Below are positions 1-10,857 of a stretch of 64,000 bases of DNA, piece by piece. The first letter of the stretch is position 1, and each line of letters opens with the position of its first letter. Source of the DNA: a virus; IMG/VR virus record IMGVR_UViG_3300031707_002715, positions 62,452-126,451 of that record; one strand, 5' to 3'. The notes under the pieces are model-generated. The model made no database searches and was not told the origin of the DNA. It saw only the letters and a program-made list of their open reading frames with translations. The position numbers and the translations under genes were made by a program.

Positions 1-4
1 GACG

Positions 5-3000
5 ATGATGTTATACTTGACATCATTAAACGTTGATTCTACGTCAAAGGTTTTCACAGTCGACTTACTAAATAATTATTTGGTGACATCTGTCACTCAC
101 AATTTAAGCACGGGCAATGTTCTTGAAGTCAGAAGCACGGTGCAATTACCAAATCCATTATTAGCAAACAGGTATTATTATATAATAGCAATATCAGCGA
201 CTCAGATAAAAGTTGCAGACACTTATGATAATGCGTTACTCGGCACTGCCATAACTTTAACTAATACGGGCATCGGCGTCTTAACATTAAATAGAGCAAA
301 ACCAGAGATAGTAGTATCTGATCCGTTACGTATATTTTTGAAACCAGTGGACGATAGACAATACACTGTCGTAAATGAAAGAATATTGACGCAAGACGAT
401 GCAATTAACGAATTAACGACTGCAAATAATTTCTTAATAAGCGTTTCGAGAGTTTATAATAGTACTACTAGCACAACATTAACTGTCAAGTACACTTCTA
501 ATAATAAGATCTATACTAACGAAGTTTTTGCTGCGACTGATGTAATATATGTTGATTACATTTATACTGGTATCAGCCATGTTTATTATGGAATAAATAT
601 TGAACCGTCGATATTAACGCCTGAAGGTGTGATAGTCGATCTAAATGATAATGGTGTTAGCTCAATAAAATGGTTTGCAATTGATACAGCTGGTAATATA
701 GAAGACACTAAAGATTTGAGTGCTACGGTCGCTGTTTTGAATAGGGCGCCCGTAGTTGATGTAAATATAGTAAAAAGTACTGATTTGACTGATTTTGTAC
801 CGAACGGCGATAATGATTGGTATAAATTAAATGAGTCGATTCCTACATTACGACCAGAAATAAAGATTAATATTAAAAGCCCAAATGTATTTTTCTTTAA
901 TTATCATCCGACATTTATAAGCGTGAGCGGCCCTGGACCATATACGGTCCAATATCAAATACCATTTATAAACACGACATATGAAGAATTATCAGATGTT
1001 ACACCGTATTTAAAAACTCGTGTAGAAAATATCACTAAGAATGAAGTATATACTGTTCAAACTCTTAGTGGTAACATCATCACGACCACTGCGACTATAT
1101 TGCCTGCACCTAGTGATATAGTTCAAGTAGATTGTATATACTCTACATTATTTGATGCTACTGTAGGTTCAGGTGCAAAAGTAATTACAATAGGTGATAT
1201 ACATAATCCAGATATAGTATTTGATTTTTCTGACAAGGCTAATCCGTATTATTATCCTGAATCGCCGACTACTTATAATTTACAAGGTGAAAAAGATATA
1301 ACGACTGTTGCTATAGATAAACGAGGTCGAGAAACGACAAATACTTCTATACCTCAATTAAGCGGTCGCAACACGTTAAAATTAGATACTGATGCACCGA
1401 TTTCTACAGATAATGCAGTTACTGGTTGGGTAAATCACGATGTCGTAGTGACAATCACATCAAATGATTTTGTACCGCCACCAGATCAGACTGCATCAGG
1501 CATTAACAGGATACTTTATAGTACTGACGGATCAGATCCGAATATAATCGTATATGATTCATCTGTGCTCGTGACTCTTTCAATCACGGGACAATATGCT
1601 GTTAAATACAGGGGCGTCGATAATGCGGGTAATTATGAAATAATCAAAGAATCTGTGCTCGTGCAAGTCGATAAGAGTGCGCCCATAACGTCTGTAGTGG
1701 TCGTTGCACCAGACGGGACAAATGGTTGGTATATATCGTCACCGCTTATTACTTTAAATGCACAAGATCCCGATTCAGGCATTTACAAGACTTTTTACAA
1801 ATGGGACGCCGGTTCGTTCGCATTATATCCGGGATCGTTATTGATACCGTCTGAAGGTGTTCATATACTTTATTTTTACAGTATAGATAATGTTGGAAAT
1901 ATCGAGACTATAAATCAATACACTTTTAAACTCGATACATCGATACCAATAACTACAGATAATATTATAAGCGGCTGGATGAATAATCCAGTCGTACAAT
2001 TGACGGTTAGTGCGTCGCCTTCAGGCGTGTATAGGACTTATTACGAGTTCGCTGTAGATCCCATCATACCGCCTGATCCGACTACGGGCTCATCGTTTAC
2101 AATAACACAACAAATTAGATTTCCTGCAAGCAATATTTATAATTTGAAATATTTTTCTATTGATATCGCAGGCAATGTTGAATCTGTAAAGGCTGCGACT
2201 AATAAATTAAAATTAGATTTAGAGAAACCGATCGTAGTTTCAATAAATCCAGTGAATTTAATATTTAATCCACCGCCAAATTTGACTGTTAATTTTGCAG
2301 ATGTATTGTCTGGTATTAACGTTAACACTGTCAAAATAGTCGTCGATGATATTGAATACTCGACGACTAAGAATTCGACATATTTTTCATACACGGGTGC
2401 TGCTCCATATAACACGTTGCAAGTAGTTGTAGGACCTGTAGCTAGCATTCCGAATTTTGATAATTTAGAAAATGTCGTCATTTATGCTAACGACAACGCA
2501 GGCAATGCATTGATTCCTGTCGTGGTCGGGATATTGCCTGTCGATACGACTGCGCCATATATAAGAGGATTTTGGCCAAAAAATAAAGCTGAAGATGTGT
2601 CGAGAGACACTAATGTGATGCTGTTTATCGATGATGATATTTCGGGCGTCGATCTGCGAACTGTTTCAATAAAAATTGCAAACACTACATACCAAATTAT
2701 TACGACGAATGTTATCGATGTCACGTATGTCGGGTCGTTACCAGATGTATATTTAGATGTTCTAGATAATAATTTATATGTGACAGTGGGCGGTGTGGTT
2801 GTTGCAGAAGTTAATTTGACGCACGATGAATACTCGACCGTTAAAAAAGTCAGCGAGTTTTTAGATTCATTACCGGATTTTACAGCTACTGTTATAAATA
2901 AAGATTACGATCAAATTTCAAGTTTAGAATTCTTGAATTTATATCACGTCGCAGTTAATCCGAGTTTTACAATGTTTGTTGCAACATTTGAAGACAATAA

Positions 3001-4612
3001 GAGTATTTATTTTATACCTCGTAATAAGGGCTATTTAATCGCTATTACACCTAGCGAGACATTTGAAGATAATTATTTAGTAAATGTGTACGTTGATGCA
3101 AAAGATTTTAGTAACAATTCAATGCAGGCTGAACATTACTATTTTACATGTAAAGATTCAGTGACACCGTCGAGAGAATTTAGAGATAAATGGTATCAAT
3201 ATCACATCGACATTGTAAATCGTATTTTAAGTAGGTTAGAAACTACTTATAACAAAAACTCAGAATCGACTGTATTTTACGGTTATTTCCGATCATTAGC
3301 GCTCGAAATTGCCAGGTCTAAACAAATAGCTGAAGATTACGCAAATGACAATTATTATAATCAAACGAGATCAGATTTGTTATACCAAAATCTGGGCTAT
3401 TTATTGAAGTTTGAACCGCGGCCTGATTTTTCGCATGATAGATATCGTGAAGTATTATTATCGTTAATGCAAATGTTTTTTAAAGGTTCGACAAAAGAAA
3501 GCTTAATTGAAGGCTTATCGGTATTTCTTGGCGTACAATCAGTGGCTATTCGTGAATATTTAGATAACATCGCATGGCAATTCATGTTTTCTGTCGATAT
3601 AGATATCGGCACTACGCCCATAAGAAATTGGGACGAGTTTAATGCAGATGTGACTGCTGTAGTAAAATTAGTAAAACCTGCGCACACGTATTTCTTGTTA
3701 AGATACGTGTTCTCTGAAATTATTAGGACGCAAGATATTCAGGATGAGATTGTAAGATGGGATTTTGCTTTTCATTCATCGGAAGATGTCAGGGCAAATT
3801 GCGAAGATAAATATAAGATAGCCGAAATAATAACTGAAAATGTATCGGCACAGTTTGACGGTTCAAACAATTGTTGTTATGCTTATTATAAACCGATTTT
3901 GAATTGGTTAGAGACGACAATAACTAATGATCCAATAGACATACAGCTTGATGTGACACCGGTTGGACCGCCTATAAGTGTAACATCTGTTAATGGAATT
4001 ACTGGTAAGATATGTTTAAGTAGGAACCCATTAATAACAGAGACAGTGAAAATTATCTATAAATTTAATAAATACGTAATATATAGAGAACTTAGATTAT
4101 ATACGAATACTTATACAATTACTACAGGTCAATTCGACTTAACTAGAAAAGCATTATTAAATCAAATTAATGTACCAAGTGATACAATAATTTCTTATAA
4201 TATTCCAGAACAACTTCATGCTCATATATGCGAATCTGGAATATTTATCAATGTCCACTATGGTACTCTTAATGAGAGATGGACTTTACCAAATGAAAGA
4301 TTGTTCTTTAACGTAAATGATTTTAAACACGAACGGGTAGAATTTGACATTCGTGAGAAAGTAAATTTTGGCGCATTAATTAAAGAGACTGTAGATATAC
4401 CAGACGAACGAGTGATGATGCAATTTGCGATACCGTATAGAGAAAGAGTATCTATCATTAACAATGAAATCGGTTTTGTACACGAAACAAATGCTCAACC
4501 ATTTACAACTAATTATGCAGAGTCTTTGACAAATAATAATCGCGATAGATTTATATTTCCAAATGCTGCAGACTTGTTGTTTTTCTGGATTGAGCGAGAT
4601 CTTGGAGGATAA
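5..4612 (+). CDS. Large baseplate/tail structural protein with tandem Ig-like repeats and a C-terminal baseplate-wedge/tail-protein-I-like region (possibly 5' truncated by window edge)
   Basis: Repeated DxxAP...SGI...Y..vDNAGN.E Ig-like modules; C-terminal LYQNLGYLL...DRYREVL...KGSTKESL...VKPAHT motif typical of baseplate wedge proteins; frame open to the window start. Confidence 0.7.
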   Translation: MMLYLTSLNVDSTSKVFTVDLLNNYLVTSVTHNLSTGNVLEVRSTVQLPNPLLANRYYYIIAISATQIKVADTYDNALLGTAITLTNTGIGVLTLNRAKPEIVVSDPLRIFLKPVDDRQYTVVNERILTQDDAINELTTANNFLISVSRVYNSTTSTTLTVKYTSNNKIYTNEVFAATDVIYVDYIYTGISHVYYGINIEPSILTPEGVIVDLNDNGVSSIKWFAIDTAGNIEDTKDLSATVAVLNRAPVVDVNIVKSTDLTDFVPNGDNDWYKLNESIPTLRPEIKINIKSPNVFFFNYHPTFISVSGPGPYTVQYQIPFINTTYEELSDVTPYLKTRVENITKNEVYTVQTLSGNIITTTATILPAPSDIVQVDCIYSTLFDATVGSGAKVITIGDIHNPDIVFDFSDKANPYYYPESPTTYNLQGEKDITTVAIDKRGRETTNTSIPQLSGRNTLKLDTDAPISTDNAVTGWVNHDVVVTITSNDFVPPPDQTASGINRILYSTDGSDPNIIVYDSSVLVTLSITGQYAVKYRGVDNAGNYEIIKESVLVQVDKSAPITSVVVVAPDGTNGWYISSPLITLNAQDPDSGIYKTFYKWDAGSFALYPGSLLIPSEGVHILYFYSIDNVGNIETINQYTFKLDTSIPITTDNIISGWMNNPVVQLTVSASPSGVYRTYYEFAVDPIIPPDPTTGSSFTITQQIRFPASNIYNLKYFSIDIAGNVESVKAATNKLKLDLEKPIVVSINPVNLIFNPPPNLTVNFADVLSGINVNTVKIVVDDIEYSTTKNSTYFSYTGAAPYNTLQVVVGPVASIPNFDNLENVVIYANDNAGNALIPVVVGILPVDTTAPYIRGFWPKNKAEDVSRDTNVMLFIDDDISGVDLRTVSIKIANTTYQIITTNVIDVTYVGSLPDVYLDVLDNNLYVTVGGVVVAEVNLTHDEYSTVKKVSEFLDSLPDFTATVINKDYDQISSLEFLNLYHVAVNPSFTMFVATFEDNKSIYFIPRNKGYLIAITPSETFEDNYLVNVYVDAKDFSNNSMQAEHYYFTCKDSVTPSREFRDKWYQYHIDIVNRILSRLETTYNKNSESTVFYGYFRSLALEIARSKQIAEDYANDNYYNQTRSDLLYQNLGYLLKFEPRPDFSHDRYREVLLSLMQMFFKGSTKESLIEGLSVFLGVQSVAIREYLDNIAWQFMFSVDIDIGTTPIRNWDEFNADVTAVVKLVKPAHTYFLLRYVFSEIIRTQDIQDEIVRWDFAFHSSEDVRANCEDKYKIAEIITENVSAQFDGSNNCCYAYYKPILNWLETTITNDPIDIQLDVTPVGPPISVTSVNGITGKICLSRNPLITETVKIIYKFNKYVIYRELRLYTNTYTITTGQFDLTRKALLNQINVPSDTIISYNIPEQLHAHICESGIFINVHYGTLNERWTLPNERLFFNVNDFKHERVEFDIREKVNFGALIKETVDIPDERVMMQFAIPYRERVSIINNEIGFVHETNAQPFTTNYAESLTNNNRDRFIFPNAADLLFFWIERDLGG

Positions 4613-4615
4613 TTT

Positions 4616-4750
4616 ATGCAAAAGATTCAAAATCAAGTTAAGAAGCAAGCACCAGCAAAGCTCAAAGAAGATTTTAAGAAAATTAGGTCTAGTGCAGGTG
4701 TGGGTATAATGAGACATGTAGACGGTCGAATTGAAAAACGGAAATTTTAA
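4616..4750 (+). CDS. Small basic protein, 44 aa (not in ORF track)
   Basis: GGAGG RBS, ATG 4616, MQKIQNQVKK...MRHVDGRIEKRKF*; C-terminus resembles MKHRDGTIERRE of the next gene. Confidence 0.5.
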   Translation: MQKIQNQVKKQAPAKLKEDFKKIRSSAGVGIMRHVDGRIEKRKF

Positions 4751-4767
4751 ACTATTCAGGAGGATTT

Positions 4768-5307
4768 ATGTTATTTGAAAATCAGAATCGATGGATAAAA
4801 AAGGGTGATATCTTCATGACGATGAAGCATAGAGATGGTACAATCGAACGTCGAGAAATGCACAATGTCATTGTTGATCAGGCTTCATTTTTAATGGCAC
4901 AATTAATGAAAGAATATGGTGGCACTAGTACAATTCCAGTTTCATATGTGCCGGGTATATTTGTATTAGCTGTTGGTACGGGTGATCCTGGTTGGGATTT
5001 GCAGAATCCACCGATTGCAACTGCAGCACAGACGTTATTGGTTAATGAATTAGACCGTAAGAGATTTAGTCGTACTTATTATGTCGATGATCTCGGTGTC
5101 GAGTCATTAACGAGGACTCACATTGTTGATTTTGAGACGACGTTTAATGATACAGAAGCTGTCGGTGCGCTTGTTGAAATGGGATTATTCGGTGGAACGG
5201 GATCAACGTCTGCAGGTGGAGGCGATATGGTAAATTACCACACGTTTCCAGTCTGGAATAAACCAAGTACATCGACTCTCGTATGTACTTGGAGATTGAC
5301 GTTTTAA
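4768..5307 (+). CDS. Baseplate/tail-fibre attachment (tail-collar-like) protein
   Basis: HNVIVD...LAVGTG...L.NEL.RK...EAVGALVEMGLFGG...KPSTSTL..TWRLTF pattern; AGGAGG RBS; structural operon context. Confidence 0.65.
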   Translation: MLFENQNRWIKKGDIFMTMKHRDGTIERREMHNVIVDQASFLMAQLMKEYGGTSTIPVSYVPGIFVLAVGTGDPGWDLQNPPIATAAQTLLVNELDRKRFSRTYYVDDLGVESLTRTHIVDFETTFNDTEAVGALVEMGLFGGTGSTSAGGGDMVNYHTFPVWNKPSTSTLVCTWRLTF

Positions 5308-5358
5308 TGCATGATCATGTTCTAGTTTCAGCAAAATAGTTTTCAATAACAAAGAATA

Positions 5359-7740
5359 ATGATGAAATATTTCGATTTAATACAATGTGAATTTACAAAA
5401 TATGCACGGTCTGAAGAGATGTGTAAGATAGCTAGACGTTTGAAAAGAAGCAAGAGTACGACCAAAGATTTTTTGAATGATATGGGTGATAAAAATGTCA
5501 CGAATCCAAGTGCTAAGGGTAAAAAGCGTACAATTAAAGTCAAGTCATTGAAAAGCGGTGATGAGCGCCAAAAACAGTTGTTTAAGCAATTATATAAACA
5601 GTGGAAGGGATCAAAAACTAAAAAAGTTGACAAAAAAGATAAGTTAAAGAGTAAAGTTAAGAAGCGCAGGAAACAGATAAGACAAGAGTTTAAAAAGAAG
5701 AAGCAAGAGATAAAAAAAGAGCCTACTGAAAAAAAGAAAATTGAAAAAGTCAAGATGAAAGTCGATCCTAAAAAGATCGAAGAGCATCGAAAAGATATAG
5801 CGAGTGAAACAAAATCTAATAAAGAACAGCAAGTCATTGAAAAACAGATAAGTGAGAAATTAAAAGCTGTTGGTGATAAATCAGACGAACAATATAAATC
5901 GACAATATCCGTAGTTAAAAAGAACGAAAAGAGCTTGTATAGAGACACTAGTGATTTAAATGATCCATTGCCGCCTGATCCAGAAAAATTAAAAACGATT
6001 GATACAGATCAAAAATCGTTATCTCGTGCAATGAAAGCTTTAGATATTAGTAATTCAGAGATATCAGATGTTGTTAATAGTCCAAATGTTGTAACATATA
6101 AAATTAGCTTGAAAAATTTAAGTGATAAAGATAAAGCTAGAGCAATGCATAAGTTATTATCAACGGAAAGTAAAACAGTATTGAGTCATTTTATTGGTAA
6201 AAAAGAAAATGTCACTGTTAATGAAAATAGAGACACTGATACCATTGATGTGCACGTACCGAAAGGTACTGATTTGAAAGATAGAGATCCCGTATCATTT
6301 AAAGAATTGATTACTAATGATAAATTTGTAAAGGCTTCAAAAGATCCGACTAAATTACCGATTGCATTTGGTAAAGATGAGAATAATAACACAGTGACGT
6401 ACGATTTTAGTAATACACCTCATTTAATAGTTTCAGGTGCGACTAAATCTGGAAAATCTGTGTTTAATCAAAGCATAATTAATTCAATTCAGATGGGTAA
6501 ATCGCCAGATGAAGCGAAATTAATATTAATAGACGCTGCTAAAAAGGGTGCTGAATTTGCACAGTATAAAGATAGTGAATATTTGGATAGACCGATTGCA
6601 ACGAGCGCTAAAGAGGCTGAAGATGCATTGCAGTCATTAAGCGACGAAGTCAATCGACGTAATGAGTTCTTGAAGACTATTAGTGGTAAGACGGGCATGA
6701 GTTTTAGAAATATTGAAGAATGGAACTCATTTGTCACTAAAGATACTGAGAAAATGAGTCCAAATGAACAGAAAGCATTCAATATTGTGCCAGAAGATCA
6801 ACGAAAAAAAATGCATAGAATAGTAACGATAGTTGACGAAGCGAAAGATTTGTTCAATAAAGAAGTCAATCCAAATGCACCAAAATTATTTAATTTAGTT
6901 GATCATATGCTAACAGTTGCTAGGTCTGTTGGTGCTCACATGGTTATAGCGACACAGTCGCCTGCAAAACAAAATATACCGGGTAAAATACAGGCTAATA
7001 TTGGTGCAAAGATGACATTTAGATTGCAAAATAAGAGTGATGCTGAAAATATTGGTGTGCCAGATGCAACTGATTTATTAATGTATGGTGACGGATATTT
7101 TGAAGATCCGTCTATGGGTGGCGGACCGACTAGATTGCAAACGGGTTTTATTGATAAGAATGATGATGCAAAAATTAGCGAGAAAACAAAAGGCGAACAA
7201 AAGTTCATTGAACGTGAAAAGAAAGTTGTACCAAAACCGGTAGAAGAATTTAAAGGAGTGACTGATCCGGCTTTTCTAGAATTCAAGCAAAGAATGAGTG
7301 ATGTTCATAAACAGCTTGATGAACAGCGTATTAAGATACAAGAAAGACTAAAAGAATTAAAGGGTCGCGAATCAGAAATAGAAAAAGAACACCAGAGTTT
7401 ACGAGAACAATTAGAAGAAAGACGACGTAAAACTCAAGACATCAGACAGCAACAATCGGATGTCGCACGTCAAAAAGAACGGTCGCCGGCAGTTGAAGTC
7501 GAAGAAGAACCTGTAGCTAAAGAACCAACAGTAGAATCTTCTTCGCCTGATGTCGCTAGTGAAATTGAAGAATTAACTAAGACAGTACCTGTCAGCGATG
7601 TCAAGAAAGAGCCTAAAGCAAAAGAACTAGAGAGGCCGACTGAAAAGAGAAAATCGCTTCTTGATAGAATTAAAAAAATGTTTGGTAAAAAATCATCAAT
7701 CGATATGACAAATCATTTCATCCAGAACATTTTAACATGA
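5359..7740 (+). CDS. FtsK/SpoIIIE-family ATPase with shared N-terminal leader and Lys-rich extension
   Basis: PHLIVSGATKSGKS Walker A, IVTIVDEAKDL Walker B, ARSVGAHMVIATQSP, LLMYGDGYF; no N-terminal TM segments visible. Confidence 0.85.
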   Translation: MMKYFDLIQCEFTKYARSEEMCKIARRLKRSKSTTKDFLNDMGDKNVTNPSAKGKKRTIKVKSLKSGDERQKQLFKQLYKQWKGSKTKKVDKKDKLKSKVKKRRKQIRQEFKKKKQEIKKEPTEKKKIEKVKMKVDPKKIEEHRKDIASETKSNKEQQVIEKQISEKLKAVGDKSDEQYKSTISVVKKNEKSLYRDTSDLNDPLPPDPEKLKTIDTDQKSLSRAMKALDISNSEISDVVNSPNVVTYKISLKNLSDKDKARAMHKLLSTESKTVLSHFIGKKENVTVNENRDTDTIDVHVPKGTDLKDRDPVSFKELITNDKFVKASKDPTKLPIAFGKDENNNTVTYDFSNTPHLIVSGATKSGKSVFNQSIINSIQMGKSPDEAKLILIDAAKKGAEFAQYKDSEYLDRPIATSAKEAEDALQSLSDEVNRRNEFLKTISGKTGMSFRNIEEWNSFVTKDTEKMSPNEQKAFNIVPEDQRKKMHRIVTIVDEAKDLFNKEVNPNAPKLFNLVDHMLTVARSVGAHMVIATQSPAKQNIPGKIQANIGAKMTFRLQNKSDAENIGVPDATDLLMYGDGYFEDPSMGGGPTRLQTGFIDKNDDAKISEKTKGEQKFIEREKKVVPKPVEEFKGVTDPAFLEFKQRMSDVHKQLDEQRIKIQERLKELKGRESEIEKEHQSLREQLEERRRKTQDIRQQQSDVARQKERSPAVEVEEEPVAKEPTVESSSPDVASEIEELTKTVPVSDVKKEPKAKELERPTEKRKSLLDRIKKMFGKKSSIDMTNHFIQNILT

Positions 7741-7964
7741 TAGACACAAAAGCTATTATTAGACGATGTCCAAAAAAAGACAAAGACAATCGGCCATCGG
7801 ATAAACAAAAATATTGTTTATACACTAGCGACGGTTCTAAATTATTGGGTCGTCATCCTTCGAAAGAAAAAGCATTGCGTCAAGAAAGAGCTATTCAAAA
7901 ACATAAACATTCATCTATAATTAATAAAGAATTTTCAAAAATAGTTCTCGACAGGAGTGATTAA
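7737..7964 (+). CDS. Small basic putative virion-associated protein
   Basis: KYCLYTSDGSKLLGRHPSKEKALRQERAI motif of a type seen in phage head-associated proteins; ATGA overlap with the upstream gene. Confidence 0.55.
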   Translation: MIDTKAIIRRCPKKDKDNRPSDKQKYCLYTSDGSKLLGRHPSKEKALRQERAIQKHKHSSIINKEFSKIVLDRSD

Positions 7965-10847
7965 ATGTCAACATTAGACTATGGCACTGGTGTTTCAAGA
8001 ACATTGCAACCTGAATTTCACGGTTTTGACACGATAGTCTTTCAAGATGGTAAACCTGTTCTTGATTCAGAGCTTAATTTGTTGTTTGATGTCGTATCTG
8101 ATAAATTTCAAAAATATATTTCTAATCAAGCACAAAGCGGTTTTCTTAACGTGCCGTCATTTGTGTTCGATGTTACTTGGCCAAACAAATTTCAAATGCC
8201 TCAAGACATTGCTATTGTAAATGGTCATCAAATCAACGTTCTTTCTCACGGCGATTCATTTATTGAATTGAATCCTGCATCGCTCGGTAGCGGCAATAAT
8301 AGATATGATTTTTTATTTCTAGAAGTTTGGAAAGTAGAACTGTCTGGTGGCACTACAGACTATAAACCAGATGCGACTCACATTTATAAAGAAGGTAATG
8401 TCCAAAATACATTAAGCACATTAGACGATGATATTATCGATCCTATAATTGTAGCTACTTATCCTGAAACTACAAAACGCGTACAAATTCAATATAGGAT
8501 TCGTATTCAAGAAAATGATCCGAGCTTCATACTCAATTCGCAAAATTCAAATATATTTGACAGTATAACTTATGCTCAAGGCGGAGCATTAGTGCCTGTA
8601 AATCCATTTAACTTTTCAAATTTAGGTGCATCGACGGGCGATTATGGATTGTGGCGCGCAGGAAACGGCGATGCTTCTTCGAGGCTACAATTAAAGAGCG
8701 TTGATGGTTATGTATATGCGATACCTATCGCATTAGTTTTCAGGAGATCGCAAGCGCCTTACATAGATGAAGATATTAACGGACAACAGGCGTCCGATGT
8801 CGCGATAGGTGGAACTTCAGATAGACCTGATGGATTATTTTATGATTCAGTTGCTAGCGCTGATGTCATTGATTTACGACACAATGTCGTTTTTGGTAAG
8901 CAAATAACTTATGATGAGATACTGAAAACAGCTATTAAAGACTTATTAACTGGCCAGAACAAGACTAAACGACAGATCGCTGTGAAATACGATGCATTAA
9001 GTGACATTGCTATAACGGGATATTCGATTGTTGGTGCAGCTGACAAGACGAGGACGACGATTAGCGACTTACAAACGACTATCGTTTCAAATGTTGTGAG
9101 ACTTAATGTCGGCGACACTGATCCTTCTCAAGATTTTTATACTAGTAGAGCAGCTGGCAATTGGCAAATTGGAGATACTATAACGGTTAAAGCGCCTGCT
9201 GGATCGCCGGCAGGAACGATTATTTTAGGCACAGATGATGCTAGCGTGAGCACGAAACCCTTTGTGTATAGAAATAATGCGGGATTAATCAATGTAGCAG
9301 GCTCGTGGTTGAATACAGGCACTGCAACTGCTATATTTACTATTAATGAAAATATAACTGCCCAAGAAATATGGGTCACATATGATGTGCAATATCCAAA
9401 TAATCAGGGCATGTCTTATATAGCTGATGACGTAATAAAAGTCGATTATACAAATGCTGCATCATTTCCAACTGTGCAAACTTCATATGTGCCTCATAGC
9501 GGAATTGTTCGTGCAAGTACAAATCTAGCTAATACATCGTTATATTTATCGAGACATTCTAAACAGTTGAATTTTACGCATGCTGCAACCATCAATAGTT
9601 ATGCCGCAAATTACCAGTTTACTAAGCATAACAAACAAATTAGCATAACCCCAATCATTTCATCTACGACTACGATCAACGGTTCTACTCGAACGTTATT
9701 TACTAATAACACTAGCGCTACAACTAGAGAGTTATATTTACCGTTTGCTACGAATAAGACGTGGATGGTTCGAGGCGTTTATACTACTCAGTCTGGTACG
9801 ACTGAAATAGCTACTGAAGTATTTGCTAGCCAAAATCCATCATTGATTTCAGGTCATGTGTTTAAGCATCCGACAGCAGTTACTCAATATTCATTTGCAA
9901 AAATTACATCGATGGTCTACGTGCCGACTAGCACAGAGCTAGTTTCAACAGGTGCGTGGTCGCCGGTATACAAGCAGAGTTCAAATGGCAATATAGACTT
10001 ATTTGTCCTCGTTAATAGTAGCGGTGTAGAATATGTGCCGCCATCGTCTAATACGGCAGATTTCGTCATGGCTTATAGGAGTATCCCGACAAATAGAGTT
10101 AATGCTTATGTAGCTAGTAGCGTTGCACCGATCGATAATTGGATTAAAGTTCGTGATGATGCGACGATTATTGACGGCCAACAATTATGGGTTGATATGG
10201 ATTATATTGGAGAACCTCATGATGGAGCCCAGGTAAAGATAGCTTATAAATATTTACCATACCAAGGCTTAGTCGATACTTCGTCAGGTCTTCAATTGGA
10301 TGCAATCATAAAAGCTTTAGGTGGTTTTATACATTCTGATGGTACTGGTAATGTCACTGCTAATATTGATCTAAAGACTTATCCACGAACATTAATATCT
10401 TATTTACCAACGCCATTAAATATCGAATATCTATTAAAAGGCGATTCGATTACTGGCGTTACAAGCCTCGGTAAATATAATTCAAACGATGTATGTCACG
10501 TGGATACTAGTTTACTAGAATATGCTACAACAGATCAATCCATGTTGAAAATAGACGACATCATCACTGCTAGATTTAATGTAGCTTTAAATGCGATTGA
10601 ACGAGGTGGTAATGAAGCTACTGCGTTAAAGTCGATTATGTTATTACCGTTAGCAGTTGCAAATTACAAGCAAGTAGTTATATTTGGATTAGCTATTACG
10701 ACGAACAATTTTGCATTTAAAAACGAATTAATCTTGTATGTATGGACGTATACTAATAATAATACAGCTAATCAATTGACATCGGCAGATGCAACTCATA
10801 TAGGTGTTGACTTTTATTTCATAAATAAACGACCATTAGTAAAGTAA
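7965..10847 (+). CDS. Virion structural (baseplate/tail) protein, DUF4815/DUF6519-like N-terminus
   Basis: TIVFQDGKPVLDSELN, RYDFLFLEVW, ETTKRVQIQYRIR, DRPDGLFYD motifs; beta-rich Thr/Ser composition. Confidence 0.65.
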   Translation: MSTLDYGTGVSRTLQPEFHGFDTIVFQDGKPVLDSELNLLFDVVSDKFQKYISNQAQSGFLNVPSFVFDVTWPNKFQMPQDIAIVNGHQINVLSHGDSFIELNPASLGSGNNRYDFLFLEVWKVELSGGTTDYKPDATHIYKEGNVQNTLSTLDDDIIDPIIVATYPETTKRVQIQYRIRIQENDPSFILNSQNSNIFDSITYAQGGALVPVNPFNFSNLGASTGDYGLWRAGNGDASSRLQLKSVDGYVYAIPIALVFRRSQAPYIDEDINGQQASDVAIGGTSDRPDGLFYDSVASADVIDLRHNVVFGKQITYDEILKTAIKDLLTGQNKTKRQIAVKYDALSDIAITGYSIVGAADKTRTTISDLQTTIVSNVVRLNVGDTDPSQDFYTSRAAGNWQIGDTITVKAPAGSPAGTIILGTDDASVSTKPFVYRNNAGLINVAGSWLNTGTATAIFTINENITAQEIWVTYDVQYPNNQGMSYIADDVIKVDYTNAASFPTVQTSYVPHSGIVRASTNLANTSLYLSRHSKQLNFTHAATINSYAANYQFTKHNKQISITPIISSTTTINGSTRTLFTNNTSATTRELYLPFATNKTWMVRGVYTTQSGTTEIATEVFASQNPSLISGHVFKHPTAVTQYSFAKITSMVYVPTSTELVSTGAWSPVYKQSSNGNIDLFVLVNSSGVEYVPPSSNTADFVMAYRSIPTNRVNAYVASSVAPIDNWIKVRDDATIIDGQQLWVDMDYIGEPHDGAQVKIAYKYLPYQGLVDTSSGLQLDAIIKALGGFIHSDGTGNVTANIDLKTYPRTLISYLPTPLNIEYLLKGDSITGVTSLGKYNSNDVCHVDTSLLEYATTDQSMLKIDDIITARFNVALNAIERGGNEATALKSIMLLPLAVANYKQVVIFGLAITTNNFAFKNELILYVWTYTNNNTANQLTSADATHIGVDFYFINKRPLVK

Positions 10848-10857
10848 AGAATGATTT

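Noticed and set aside
5343-5948. 201-aa hydrophobic minus-strand ORF and similar antisense ORFs (e.g. 60170-60835, 62911-63672)
   Set aside because: Shadows of well-supported genes on the opposite strand, with no motifs of their own
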